A DNA stretch of 53,527 nt. Source: Bdellovibrionota bacterium (lineage in GTDB: Bacteria > Bdellovibrionota_C > UBA2361 > JBGSMV01). The stretch covers positions 1 through 53,527 of the forward strand of contig JBIKWF010000017.1 of assembly GCA_044356455.1 (NCBI GenBank), read 5' to 3'. The notes below the pieces were generated by a model that saw only the letters and a program-made list of their open reading frames with translations, was not told the origin of the DNA and did not search any database. Both the position numbers and the translations under genes were made by a program. Shown here in pieces: positions 1-9,763 of this stretch (within the stretch, counting starts at the first letter, position 1; each line of letters opens with the position of its first letter).

Positions 1-63
1 CAGACGTTGGTGGTCAATTGGACTTAAAGGTTTTGGTGGTTGGATAGATGGGTAATGTTTCTG

Positions 64-90
64 CGGCGCCCTGAGGACAGGGCGCCCTAC
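64..90 (-). repeat. GTAG-type REP-like palindrome
   Basis: cggcgccctgaggacagggcgccctac; reverse strand starts GTAG followed by a GC-rich hairpin; related copies at 18301-18616, 20226-20530 and ~47957-47983. Confidence 0.75.
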
Positions 91-201
91 CATCGCTGCT
101 GGGTCGCCAGCGGATTAGCGAATGCTCATGGTACTTTTTTTTCGATCCTCGACTTTGCTTGATGCTGGGCGCTGAAACTTTGAGTATCCTCCTTGGGCTG
201 T

Positions 202-522
202 ATGAGCCAAGGAGAATCTCTAAATAAAATGTTACCTCATGACGAGGGGATGCTGCGCCATATCGCTGAGCGTATTCGTGCCCTTGGCTTAGTGGTGCCG
301 GTGCTCGCTTTTTTGGAGATGCACCGGCCGCTTCGCGGGGTAGCTCACGCGGGCGCTCTTGTTCTCGAGCCCACGCTTCGGTTTGTGTTTGGAGAGGGGC
401 GGACGTCCCCAATTTTAAGAATCTTGGAAAACCCCGAATCGCTCGATCGCCTCCTCGAGCTATTAGAAGAATCGCGGCCTACCCCTACAGCTTCTCAAGG
501 AGCACCACATGGGCGGGTTTGA
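202..522 (+). CDS. Small conserved hypothetical protein, first gene of the GlmL-type operon
   Basis: ORF overlaps the next gene; helical protein (IAERIRALGLVVPVLAFLEMHRPL) resembling small proteins I recall from GlmL/DUF6754 clusters; start uncertain (193/202/229). Confidence 0.65.
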   Translation: MSQGESLNKMLPHDEGMLRHIAERIRALGLVVPVLAFLEMHRPLRGVAHAGALVLEPTLRFVFGEGRTSPILRILENPESLDRLLELLEESRPTPTASQGAPHGRV

Positions 523-1351
523 GCACGCCACTCCTGGAATTATGGTGCTCATGGTCCTGCTTATTGGGCCTGTGCTTTATTATATCCGCGTCGCCCGGCA
601 AGGCCACGACCTCTACATCCGTCGGATTGCAGGAGTTGATGCGATTGATGAAGCAACGGGGCGCTCGGCGGAACTTGGAAGGCCGATATCCTTTTCAACA
701 GGGCTGACCTCTATCTCTCCGGCCCTCTATGCGTGCCTTGGGGTACTTTTTTACGTTACCAAAAAAGCTGCCCGGTATAACTCTCGCCTAGTCATTCCCC
801 AAAACGACCCGCAAGTAGTAGCCGTCGTAGAGGACACCTTGAGGGACGCCTACCGCGCGGAGGGAAGATCTGAACTCTATGATCCAAGGAGTGTGGTCTT
901 TCTCTCTGAAGATCAGTTCGCCTTTGCGGCTGGTTACATGGGAATGGTGCAGCGGGAGCAAGTAGCAACAGCGTTCCTCTTTGGTGTCTTTGCTGCCGAA
1001 TCGCTCATGCTTGCTGAAGCAGGTCAGCAGATTGGGGCCATGCAGGTGGCCGCAAGCCTCACGCCTGAGCAAGTGCCCTATTTTATATGTACTTGTGACT
1101 ACACGCTGATCGGCGAGGAACTCTACGGCGCCGCAGCCTATCTTACCCGAGAACCAATTCAGCTAGGCAGCTTGTACGGCCAAGATAGAGCAAAGCTCGT
1201 ATTCTTTGCGCTGATTGTTATTGGTGTTCTCATAGCAACATATAATTCAGTGGGTGCGGCTTACGGCATGTCAGCAATTCCGAATGTGACGGAATGGCTT
1301 CGCGTGGATCTTACGAATCTTACTGAATGGCTTCGCGGGGAGCTCTTGTAG
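509..1351 (+). CDS. DUF6754-like membrane-anchored protein
   Basis: N-terminal TM, IRRIAGVDAIDEATGRSAELGRP and CDYTLIGEELYGAAAYL motifs, C-terminal TM; SD aaggag upstream. Confidence 0.75.
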   Translation: MGGFEHATPGIMVLMVLLIGPVLYYIRVARQGHDLYIRRIAGVDAIDEATGRSAELGRPISFSTGLTSISPALYACLGVLFYVTKKAARYNSRLVIPQNDPQVVAVVEDTLRDAYRAEGRSELYDPRSVVFLSEDQFAFAAGYMGMVQREQVATAFLFGVFAAESLMLAEAGQQIGAMQVAASLTPEQVPYFICTCDYTLIGEELYGAAAYLTREPIQLGSLYGQDRAKLVFFALIVIGVLIATYNSVGAAYGMSAIPNVTEWLRVDLTNLTEWLRGELL

Positions 1352-1355
1352 CGGT

Positions 1356-2399
1356 ATGAGTTTTCGATCTCTGCTCATTCGAGTCTTTACTTTTTTGGGA
1401 GGAATTTATTTCTTCCTTAAATTTGTGCTTCCAGAAAGTTGGGGAGTTGCGGCCTACCATGCGCAAATTGCTGAAGGGTTTGCGCTTGTGAGCGCCATGG
1501 CTTTGGCGCTGGGGCTGATTAATCTTTTAATGGTACATGGCGGAAAAGTCTTGTATCGCCGTAGGGGCTGGGGGCCGAGTGTTGCTCTTCTCACTGGGCT
1601 TTCCCTCATGATGGTTATTACGGCGCTTGATTGGAAGGAGACGCGGCGTGTCTCGGCCTCCGTCCAGCGCGTAGTTCTTCTAAAGGATTTTGCAGATCGC
1701 ATTCTTCAAGATCAAGAAAAGGGGATAGTGCCCATAGTCGCGCAAAAGACCCTCACTGCTGAGGTGAGAGAACGATACCTCCTTGATGCCCTGGCTCCAC
1801 TCCTTGGGTCATTGGCGGAAGAACAGCGTGGATTCTCTGCGATGGTACCAGCAGAGCCGCAGACCCCAAGTGAAATTGGGCGTAAGCGCTTTTCGCGTGA
1901 GTTTGCAGCCGCATTGGAGGAAACGTCCCGACTATCGGGGATCATGCAATCTCGGGGGGGAGGATATGATCCTGCCCCGCTCAAGCAGCTTTCTCAGGCA
2001 CTTTCTGCGCTCAGCGTTTCGTATCGCGGCGTTGCTATGGCTGTGTACGGCACCTCGCTCACTAAGCATCTCTATGACTTTCTGTTTGAGGGGCTCTACA
2101 TCTCTCTGGGCGCGGCGATGTTCTCGCTGCTTGGGTTCTACATTTCAGCTGCGGCGTACCGAGCTTTCCGCGTGAAGTCCATGGAATCAGTTCTAATGAT
2201 GACTGCCGCGCTCTTTGTAATGCTCGGGCAAATCCCATTTGGGCTTTGGATCTCTGATTCTCTCCCTGAAATTAGGCTTTGGCTCTTGCAGGTTCCAAGT
2301 GCTGCCGCCGCTCGAGCTATCGATATGGGTGCTTCACTTGCGGGACTTGTGATGGCCTTTCGCATGTGGCTCTCCATAGAATCGGAGTCCTTCAAATGA
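1356..2399 (+). CDS. Polytopic membrane protein (operon component)
   Basis: Several hydrophobic segments around a ~140-aa helical soluble insert; AMFSLLGFYISAAAYRAFR motif. Confidence 0.75.
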   Translation: MSFRSLLIRVFTFLGGIYFFLKFVLPESWGVAAYHAQIAEGFALVSAMALALGLINLLMVHGGKVLYRRRGWGPSVALLTGLSLMMVITALDWKETRRVSASVQRVVLLKDFADRILQDQEKGIVPIVAQKTLTAEVRERYLLDALAPLLGSLAEEQRGFSAMVPAEPQTPSEIGRKRFSREFAAALEETSRLSGIMQSRGGGYDPAPLKQLSQALSALSVSYRGVAMAVYGTSLTKHLYDFLFEGLYISLGAAMFSLLGFYISAAAYRAFRVKSMESVLMMTAALFVMLGQIPFGLWISDSLPEIRLWLLQVPSAAAARAIDMGASLAGLVMAFRMWLSIESESFK

Positions 2400-3268
2400 G
2401 TTTCTCCTTTGCTACCATAGATCGCCGATTCGTCTATCTTTTGATCCTTGTAGCGCTTGCCGTCCCTCTTGTGCTTAAGGTGCATTTGAACACCGTACCT
2501 CTCAAATCAGCACAAAAATTTTTTGAGGTCGTTGAAGCGCAGAAAGCGGAGCAGGGGAAGTTTGTGCTTTTAGTCTTTGATTTCGGGCCGAATTCAAAGG
2601 CAGAAAACTTTCCGCAAACTGAGGTAGTGGTAGAGCATTTGATGAGAAGACGCATTCCGTTCGCGGTCTACTCACAATACTTGCAGGCTGAGCCGCTACT
2701 TGAGCTCATCCCTGCTGGAGTGGCCGCACGCCTATCGCGTGAAGACCCAGATCGGACGTGGGAATATGGTAAAGATTGGGTCAATCTTGGTTATCGAGTA
2801 GGCGGCGCACTGTTCATTCAGGGCCTTGTGCGCTCGGAGCGGCTTGGTGAAGTTTTAAAGAAGGACGCACGGGGTAATGATATCTCCACACTGCCGCTTT
2901 TCGATGGTGTTGCAGGAATTAGGAGCATCTCGCTGCTTGCACAGTTCTCGAGTCTCTCAGGAGCGCTTGAGACTATTTTGCAGTTTTTTCAAACTGACGA
3001 ATATCGTCCTCCGCTCTTGCATGGCTGCACCTCCATTACAATTCCAGCGGCCTATATCTTTCTTGATTCGGGACAAATGGTAGGCCTGCTCGAGGGCATT
3101 GCAGGCGCGGCTTCGTATTCAGCGCTCTTAGATGGGAAGTATCCTGGGCGTGAACCCGATCGCTCCTCGTTAATGATGACAGGGCTTGGTGTGGCGCATC
3201 TCGTGGTCATTGCACTCGTAGTCTTGGGGAATATAGCGGCGGGTCTAGCTTCGCGGAGGAACGCATGA
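2396..3268 (+). CDS. Membrane-anchored protein with soluble alpha/beta domain (operon component)
   Basis: ATG at 2396 overlaps the upstream TGA (ATGA); IDRR-TM, YGKDWVNLGY motif, C-terminal TM. Confidence 0.75.
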   Translation: MSFSFATIDRRFVYLLILVALAVPLVLKVHLNTVPLKSAQKFFEVVEAQKAEQGKFVLLVFDFGPNSKAENFPQTEVVVEHLMRRRIPFAVYSQYLQAEPLLELIPAGVAARLSREDPDRTWEYGKDWVNLGYRVGGALFIQGLVRSERLGEVLKKDARGNDISTLPLFDGVAGIRSISLLAQFSSLSGALETILQFFQTDEYRPPLLHGCTSITIPAAYIFLDSGQMVGLLEGIAGAASYSALLDGKYPGREPDRSSLMMTGLGVAHLVVIALVVLGNIAAGLASRRNA

Positions 3269-4005
3269 CTTCTCCTGAGGTTTGGGTGCTTCTTAATGTA
3301 ATCGTGGGCGGGGTTGCTACGCTTGCGATTTTCTCATTCCTGATCAAGGAAAATGGGTTCTATCGCTTCTTTGAGCATCTCTATATCGGAATCGCGGCTG
3401 GCTTTGGGATTATTCTTCCACTTAAAGTTTTCTTGTGGCCGAAGATACTCGAACCCATGCTGGGCATGGATATCGTTCAGTTTCCTGACGGAACTTTTTC
3501 TCGGGAATATAATCCACTCATTCTTCTGTATCTAGCTCCGGCATTGTTTGGGCTACTTTTCTATACCATCTATTCTCCTCGGTATTCATGGATGGCAAAG
3601 CTGGTGATTGGGCTTCTCCTTGGTATGAGTGGAGGAATGGCCTTCGAGGGCTTTTTCAATTACATCATTCCCCAGCTCGATGGCAGCCTTAAACCGCTTA
3701 TCGTGTATGAAGGGGGCGCATTTCAAGGCGTGAAGAGCCTTAACAATAGTCTCTTTGTCTTCACTTTGCTGGCAGTCATGTACTACTTTTTCTTCTCCTT
3801 TCGGCCTTCAGAAGGCCAGAAGTTGTCAAAGTTTTTGCCCGCCATTTCCGCCTCTGGCCGCTGGCTCATGATGGTATGCTTCGGAGCGTATTTTGGATCT
3901 ACGGTGATGGCACGTATGGCGCTTCTTGTTGAGCGCCTCCAGTTTCTTCTTACTGATTGGAAGTCGGCGCTCATGGCGGCAGCTTCTTTGGTGGCGGGTG
4001 TATGA
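3265..4005 (+). CDS. Polytopic membrane protein (operon component)
   Basis: ATGA overlap with previous gene; about 6 hydrophobic segments; KENGFYRFFEHLYIG and FGAYFGSTVMARM motifs. Confidence 0.75.
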   Translation: MTSPEVWVLLNVIVGGVATLAIFSFLIKENGFYRFFEHLYIGIAAGFGIILPLKVFLWPKILEPMLGMDIVQFPDGTFSREYNPLILLYLAPALFGLLFYTIYSPRYSWMAKLVIGLLLGMSGGMAFEGFFNYIIPQLDGSLKPLIVYEGGAFQGVKSLNNSLFVFTLLAVMYYFFFSFRPSEGQKLSKFLPAISASGRWLMMVCFGAYFGSTVMARMALLVERLQFLLTDWKSALMAAASLVAGV

Positions 4006-5840
4006 GTCAGGTGGACCCTCAGAAACTAACCACGGTACTCGTGACGGATTGTGGTTCAACTACCACGAAGGCGCTGCTGTTTCAGAAAACACAAGAGGGC
4101 TGGCGGCAAACCTTTCGTGGTGAGGCGCCGACTACCGTAGAGGAGCCCGTGGCAGATGTGACGGTAGGTGCGCGCAACGCCTTTGCAGAGGTGCAAGAAT
4201 TGAGCGGGCGGCCACTCCTACAGGAGTCCGACCCTCCCTTTATTAAAGATAACGGTTCAAACCGGGAGGGGATTGATCTCTATCTCTCCACCAGTTCAGC
4301 AGGCGGTGGACTCCAAATGCTGGTGGGCGGTGTAGTGCGCCAAATGACAGCAGAGTCGGCAGAGCGCGCCGCCTTAGGGGCGGGCGCGATTGTTATGGAT
4401 ACGCTCTGCGCAGACGACGGACGCGAAGATTTCGAGCGAGTAGAGCGCATTCGGCATCTCAGACCTGATATCGTACTCCTTACAGGCGGAACTGATGGTG
4501 GCTCTCGGTCGCATGTCGTGGAGCTTGCGGAGCTGGTTCTTTCAGCGTCGCCCAGGCCGCGTTTCGGCGATACTCTGCGACTTCCGGTTATCTATGCCGG
4601 GAATAAGGACGCGGCCGCCGAAGTCGCGGAAATATTGGCTCCGATTGCCCAGGTTCAAACGGTTGAGAACGTGAGGCCCACACTTGAGCGCGAAAACTTG
4701 GGGCCTGCACGTGAGGCAATTCACGATTTCTTTCTTTCCCATGTCATGAGCCACTCCCCTGGTTATGGGAAGCTTCTCTCGTGGAGCCCTGTGCCTGTGA
4801 TGCCTACCCCCGCAGCAGTGGGAAATGTGGTCCAAACCTTTGCGGCAAAAAATGGCTTGCAGGTGCTGTGCGCTGATATTGGCGGCGCGACTACTGATGT
4901 GTTCAGTGTTTTTAAAGATCACAGTCAGGCGCCCATATTCAATAGGACTGTCTCTGCCAATTATGGGATGAGCTACTCGATCGCCAATGTTCTCATTGAA
5001 GCAGGAGAAGATGCGATTGCCCGCTGGCTCCCGTACCAATTAAGTGGTTCAGAGCTACGCGATCGTCTCCGCAATAAAATGATTCGGCCGACCTCCATTC
5101 CGCAAACGGTAGAGGACCTTTGGTTAGAGCAGGCAGTGTGCCGCGAGGCGCTGAGGCTTTCTCTCGACCATCATCGATCCCTTGCCGTTGGTTTGAGCGG
5201 CGTTCAGCAGCGTCGTGGAATAGCTGATATCTTCTCGCAGCAGAAAAACCGCTATGACCTCGTCAATATGATGCAGCTTGATGTGGTCATTGGCTCAGGA
5301 GGCGTGCTGAGCCATGCGCCGCATCGCCTCGAAGCGGCGCTTATGATGATTGATGGTTTTGCCCTCGAGGGGCTCACGCAGATTACTGTCGATTCAATTT
5401 TTATGATGCCGCACCTTGGGGTATTCGCCTCCGTGCATCCCGGAGCCGCCGAAGAGATTTTCGTAAAAAACTGCCTCGTTAATATTGCCCATGCGGTAGT
5501 ACCGGTCTGGCCAGGAGCGGTGAGTCTTACCTCTCTGGCTCGCGTGCTTGTAGAGGGACAAGAAGTTGGTCTCGTACGTCCCGGGAAGGTGCAGCTTGCG
5601 CAGCTCCCAGGCCAGGAGAATCAAAGTGTGCGACTGGTTCTTGAGCCGGTGCACAGCTCAGTTGATGTGGGCGCCGGGCCTGGGAAAGTGCTGGAGCGAA
5701 CCATAACTGTCGGGGCGTATGGCCTTATCCTCGACGGCAGGAATCGTCCTTTGCGATTATCTTCCGATCCTGGGGTGAGAGTCGCTGAGCAGTGCGAGAT
5801 ACTTGAGGCCTTGGGGATTGGTAGTGCGAGGAAAAGGTGA
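4002..5840 (+). CDS. GlmL/MutL (glutamate mutase L)-family ASKHA ATPase
   Basis: Phosphate-1 DCGSTTTK, STSSAGGGL, phosphate-2 DIGGATTD, adenosine GSGGVL; ATGA overlap at 4002. Confidence 0.85.
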   Translation: MSQVDPQKLTTVLVTDCGSTTTKALLFQKTQEGWRQTFRGEAPTTVEEPVADVTVGARNAFAEVQELSGRPLLQESDPPFIKDNGSNREGIDLYLSTSSAGGGLQMLVGGVVRQMTAESAERAALGAGAIVMDTLCADDGREDFERVERIRHLRPDIVLLTGGTDGGSRSHVVELAELVLSASPRPRFGDTLRLPVIYAGNKDAAAEVAEILAPIAQVQTVENVRPTLERENLGPAREAIHDFFLSHVMSHSPGYGKLLSWSPVPVMPTPAAVGNVVQTFAAKNGLQVLCADIGGATTDVFSVFKDHSQAPIFNRTVSANYGMSYSIANVLIEAGEDAIARWLPYQLSGSELRDRLRNKMIRPTSIPQTVEDLWLEQAVCREALRLSLDHHRSLAVGLSGVQQRRGIADIFSQQKNRYDLVNMMQLDVVIGSGGVLSHAPHRLEAALMMIDGFALEGLTQITVDSIFMMPHLGVFASVHPGAAEEIFVKNCLVNIAHAVVPVWPGAVSLTSLARVLVEGQEVGLVRPGKVQLAQLPGQENQSVRLVLEPVHSSVDVGAGPGKVLERTITVGAYGLILDGRNRPLRLSSDPGVRVAEQCEILEALGIGSARKR

Positions 5841-5911
5841 GAATTCGCGGAGCTTTTCTGGCAAGGGTGAGCGATTACGTGAGCGCTGCTGAAGCAGCAA
5901 GGAAGTAACGT

Positions 5912-7051
5912 ATGGCACAAGCATTTACTCCAGGACTTACCGTACGCAGCGGAATTGTCATGCGAAAGTTGCGGGAGCTCCCGCTGGCGGGTGAAATTCT
6001 GGTGAAGCTCGGAGATCGAGTGAGCGCGGATCAAGAAGTGGCGCGCGCGTTTCTCCCCGGGGATTTGCACATTATGCGGCTCCCAGAAAAGATGGGACTC
6101 GAGCCCTTCGAAGTAACCAAAGGACTTAAGGTAAAAGAGGGCGACGAGGTCTCTGAGGGCGACCTCCTATGCGAGCATGCAGGTTTTTTCGGTTGGCTAA
6201 AGACAAGATTTTTTTCTACTGCAACAGGGGTCGTCGAGTTCCTCTCTGAGCGAACGGGCCATATCGGTGTTCGTTCGGCTTCTAAGCCCGTCAGTCTCAA
6301 TGCCTATATATCTGGAGAAGTGGTCGCGGTTGAGCCGAAGAAGTCTGTGACAATTCAAACCACAGGCGCACTGGTGCAGGGAATCTTCGGAGTGGGAGGG
6401 GAGCGAAGTGGCGTGCTTGCGCTTTTGCCTGTTACGGAAGAGCAGGCAGTTGAAATCTCGCATCTTCTCCCGGACTGCCGCGGGCTCATACTTGTGGGAG
6501 GTGCCTCAGCATCTGCCGCAGTATTAAAGGAGGCTGCTGCTCGTGGTGCCCTTGGGTTTATGGTGGGCTCTGTGGACGATCAGTCTCTTAAGAGCTACGT
6601 GGGGCATGATATCGGTATTGCTCTCACCGGCGACGAAAAAATTCCGATGACGCTTATCATCACTGAGGGATTTGGCTCGCTTGCCATGTCCACGCGTATT
6701 GTTCAGCTGCTTAAGGCATATGAGGGGATGCCCGTGTCTATTAATGGCGCAACCCAGGTTAGGGCAGGGGCCGTGAGGCCTGAACTCGTAGTGCCAGAGA
6801 GTAGTAATCAGGTGAGCGGAGTTCATAAGGTTTCCGATCTATCCTCAGAGCTTGGGGGAGGGGGGCTCCAGGTTGGTAGCCATGTGCGACTTATACGCGT
6901 GCCTTATTTTGGGGAAAGGGGGCAGGTTGTTGAGCTTCCCCATGCGATGGAAGAAATTCCGACGGGGGCCCATGCGCGTGTGCTTCGGGCGAAGCTTGCA
7001 GGCGGAACCATAGTGACTATTCCACGAGCCAATGTTGAGCTTTGCTCCTAA
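5912..7051 (+). CDS. Conserved hypothetical protein with barrel-sandwich-hybrid repeats and C-terminal KOW-like motif
   Basis: ILVKLGDRVSADQEVA and LKVKEGDEVSEGDLLC half-motifs; LQVGSHVRLIRVPYFGERGQV KOW-like end; SD aaggaag. Confidence 0.75.
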   Translation: MAQAFTPGLTVRSGIVMRKLRELPLAGEILVKLGDRVSADQEVARAFLPGDLHIMRLPEKMGLEPFEVTKGLKVKEGDEVSEGDLLCEHAGFFGWLKTRFFSTATGVVEFLSERTGHIGVRSASKPVSLNAYISGEVVAVEPKKSVTIQTTGALVQGIFGVGGERSGVLALLPVTEEQAVEISHLLPDCRGLILVGGASASAAVLKEAAARGALGFMVGSVDDQSLKSYVGHDIGIALTGDEKIPMTLIITEGFGSLAMSTRIVQLLKAYEGMPVSINGATQVRAGAVRPELVVPESSNQVSGVHKVSDLSSELGGGGLQVGSHVRLIRVPYFGERGQVVELPHAMEEIPTGAHARVLRAKLAGGTIVTIPRANVELCS

Positions 7052-7066
7052 GGACTTGAATCCGCG

Positions 7067-7876
7067 CTAGAAGCCCAGACTGCTTAGCATTGAGTCCACG
7101 TCGTCTTGAGCGAGCTTGTTGCCTGAGACATCGCCGCTACCTGTCGCTTGCGAGGGGTCTACGGGCGTTGGAGAACCCGGGTGCCCGAAGACTTTGATGA
7201 GTGAGAGGAGGTTGGCTTCGAGCTCTGTCACCAGAGTAATCACCTTCCGCAGTGCTTGACCTGTGAGGTCTTGAAAGCCTTGTGCTATTAAAACTTCGCC
7301 GTTGAGGCGCCGGGCCCCTTGGAGGAAGTGATTGTCCTCCGCTATGAATTCATTGAGCGCTGCGCGCAGTTCCGCTTCGCTTAGGCTTGCCTGTGCGGCA
7401 TTTTTGAGTTTCTCATGCCGACGCTCGGCGCCCTTGAGGAGCGCATCGGTTGATTCGCATATCTCGAGGGTCTTGTTGGCAGCCTCAAAGGTCACATTGA
7501 TAACGGCCTCCAGCTTCGAGGCGGCATCAGGGATGTTGGTGGTCGTAAGAGTAACGCTATTGACGTCGAGGCTTGTCTTAAAGTCACGCAGGGAATCATG
7601 GAGAGCCCGCGTCATTTGCCCGACGCGAGAAAATAGCTCGGAGTTGCTTTTGCCCCCAAGCTTCACGAGCGATTCTTCCACGTGAGTGGGATCGCCGGAG
7701 CCAAGCGCGCGCAGTAAGTCGCGGACGGCAACAATAATGGGAACCTGCTCCCCTGAACTAGAGTTGAGGTGATGAGTTTCTAGGATTTGAGCGGTTGTTT
7801 CAAAGATGCTGCATCCCGAAGCGGAAGGGTCCGCCTTCGCTGGCGGGGTGCCACCGGTCTCGTGCTTGCTACCCAT
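7067..7876 (-). CDS. cheZ: Chemotaxis phosphatase CheZ
   Basis: AQGFQDLTGQ catalytic motif and C-terminal QDDVDSMLSSLGF CheY-binding peptide. Confidence 0.85.
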   Translation of the reverse strand: MGSKHETGGTPPAKADPSASGCSIFETTAQILETHHLNSSSGEQVPIIVAVRDLLRALGSGDPTHVEESLVKLGGKSNSELFSRVGQMTRALHDSLRDFKTSLDVNSVTLTTTNIPDAASKLEAVINVTFEAANKTLEICESTDALLKGAERRHEKLKNAAQASLSEAELRAALNEFIAEDNHFLQGARRLNGEVLIAQGFQDLTGQALRKVITLVTELEANLLSLIKVFGHPGSPTPVDPSQATGSGDVSGNKLAQDDVDSMLSSLGF

Positions 7877-7952
7877 GATCTCCTCTACAATCCTACGACT
7901 TCGGGTTCAGCGCGTTCCCGTCGTGCGTAGTGAACCAAGTATTCAGAATCAA

Positions 7953-8351
7953 TTACTTCTGTTTGAAGATTGCTTCCATCTTGGTCTGCAGCACGTCTGC
8001 GGTGAAGGGTTTGATAATGTAGTTTGAGACGCCCGCCTTCGCTGCTTCGATGACATTTTCCTTCTGTGCCTCAGCTGTCACCATGAGAAAAGGGATTGCT
8101 TTAAGCTTTGCGTCGCCGCGCACTGCTTTAAGCAAATCAATTCCCATCATGTTCGGCATATTCCAGTCAGAAATAATAAACTTGAACTCATTGGCGCCGA
8201 GTTTTTGAAGCGCAACGGATCCATCTTCGGCTTCGGTGATGTTTTCAAAGCCAAGCTGTTTGAGACAGTTTTTGACGATTCGTCGCATCGTAGAGAAATC
8301 GTCCACCACCAGTATCGGCATTGCTTTGTCTAGGCTATTTAGTACTGACAT
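7953..8351 (-). CDS. cheY: Chemotaxis response regulator CheY
   Basis: [32 protein letters not shown]. Confidence 0.95.
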   Translation of the reverse strand: MSVLNSLDKAMPILVVDDFSTMRRIVKNCLKQLGFENITEAEDGSVALQKLGANEFKFIISDWNMPNMMGIDLLKAVRGDAKLKAIPFLMVTAEAQKENVIEAAKAGVSNYIIKPFTADVLQTKMEAIFKQK

Positions 8352-8399
8352 ATTCCACTCCCCGCTTAAAACCTTCGCGTATCTCTACTCTCCGCCCGG

Positions 8400-8702
8400 T
8401 TACCCGACGGCGGTTTGTTCTTCCGGAAAAATGAGTTCACAATTTTTCTGCTTTACAAACTCTTTCCACTTCTCCTCCTCAAGGGAAGAGGACCCGCTCT
8501 GTTCCTTGTGACACCAATACTCCGGGCGTGGAGTTGCTTTGGTATGTTTAGGATGTGCCGGGGTGCGGCAAAGTACGTCTCCGGGCTGAGCAATGTAGGT
8601 CAGCCAGTACTTTGCCTTCTTCATATCTTCGCATTGGAAGACGGCTTCAAACTTGCCGTCAGCGCTGACGCGGTAAATGACAAAGGGGACAGTCCAGTTC
8701 AT
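8400..8702 (-). CDS. Hypothetical protein upstream of cheY
   Basis: 100-aa ORF, codirectional with cheY, 48-bp gap, purine-rich SD. Confidence 0.6.
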   Translation of the reverse strand: MNWTVPFVIYRVSADGKFEAVFQCEDMKKAKYWLTYIAQPGDVLCRTPAHPKHTKATPRPEYWCHKEQSGSSSLEEEKWKEFVKQKNCELIFPEEQTAVG

Positions 8703-9025
8703 AGGCCTTTTCTTCCCGTAGAAATCGCGAGCGCAGGTAATCCCGGCTCAACCCTCAAGGGTCATATCGACGAGAATCCGGTAAATGTTGAGAACTCTGT
8801 GCGCCAAGAAATCAAGAATGAGCCGGTGCCGCCTTCGGAGCAAAGCTCAGCAATAACAGTATGTTATGTGCTTTTTTTTGGGAGTGCCCCCTGATGAGAG
8901 AAGTGAATGGCTTGGCGCCAGATATGCGAGAATCCGCCTTTATTTCTCGCAGACCTGCGGGAGGGGCTGGTTCGCGGTTGCTATGAGGCAGCAAAACAAC
9001 CAAGCGCGGCCCCGCGCGCGATGAC

Positions 9026-9643
9026 TCATCTTATCGGGATCCTCGTTGAGGTGGGTACAAATGCACGTCGGTCATTTTCGACAGTGAGAGCAGGCGTGCC
9101 CCAGTCGTGGGGAACGGTATCTGAGTTATAAGGAAAGCGACCTTCTTCGTTGGGGCTGTAGACTACACTTGTGATGTAGAAGAGTTGGGCTTCGGAGCTG
9201 AGAACTTTCAGTCCATGCAAAACACCCGGTGGAATTTTTATGCAGACTTCGTGTACACGGCTGCTCCCAAAGATACTCTGAGGGTACGACTCTGTTGCGT
9301 CGCCCATATTAAAGGACATTTTTTGGCGGTAGGTTGGGCTTTCCGGGCGATTGTCGAATAGAACGGTGTGAATTGAGCCAACGCCCACGTACCACCAGTC
9401 AATTTGTACGTGGTGATAGTGCCATGCCTTAACCACATCCTTAACCATGCGGCTATGGCTCCACTGCGCAAAGTCAGCGCCTTCAAAAAAGGGGTCAGTG
9501 CACCGGACAATTTCACGAAAGAATCCGCGCTCGTCGCGATGGGTTTTGAGAGGCTTAACAATTACCCCTTCTATGAGAGGGGAACCCGAAGTGAGCGAAT
9601 CGCTCTCGGAGGAAAGGTGGGAGGAGGGCGCAGCGGATGACAT
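9026..9643 (-). CDS. dTDP-4-dehydrorhamnose 3,5-epimerase family (RmlC-like cupin)
   Basis: HRDERGFFRE, VVKAWHYH, IPPGVLHG motifs. Confidence 0.85.
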   Translation of the reverse strand: MSSAAPSSHLSSESDSLTSGSPLIEGVIVKPLKTHRDERGFFREIVRCTDPFFEGADFAQWSHSRMVKDVVKAWHYHHVQIDWWYVGVGSIHTVLFDNRPESPTYRQKMSFNMGDATESYPQSIFGSSRVHEVCIKIPPGVLHGLKVLSSEAQLFYITSVVYSPNEEGRFPYNSDTVPHDWGTPALTVENDRRAFVPTSTRIPIR

Positions 9644-9763
9644 ACTATCTCTTCCTAATATGACCTAAGTAGTGTTTGCGGTGGGTGCGTGCCTTCGGCG
9701 AACTACCATCTCCCCTCTGCACCACAAAGACTACGAATAAGAACTTTTTCAGAGGCTCCCTAA

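Noticed and set aside
4002..5840. Glutamate fermentation pathway, or DNA-repair MutL
   Set aside because: No mutase S/E subunits in the window; the motifs are ASKHA, not the GHKL fold of mismatch-repair MutL
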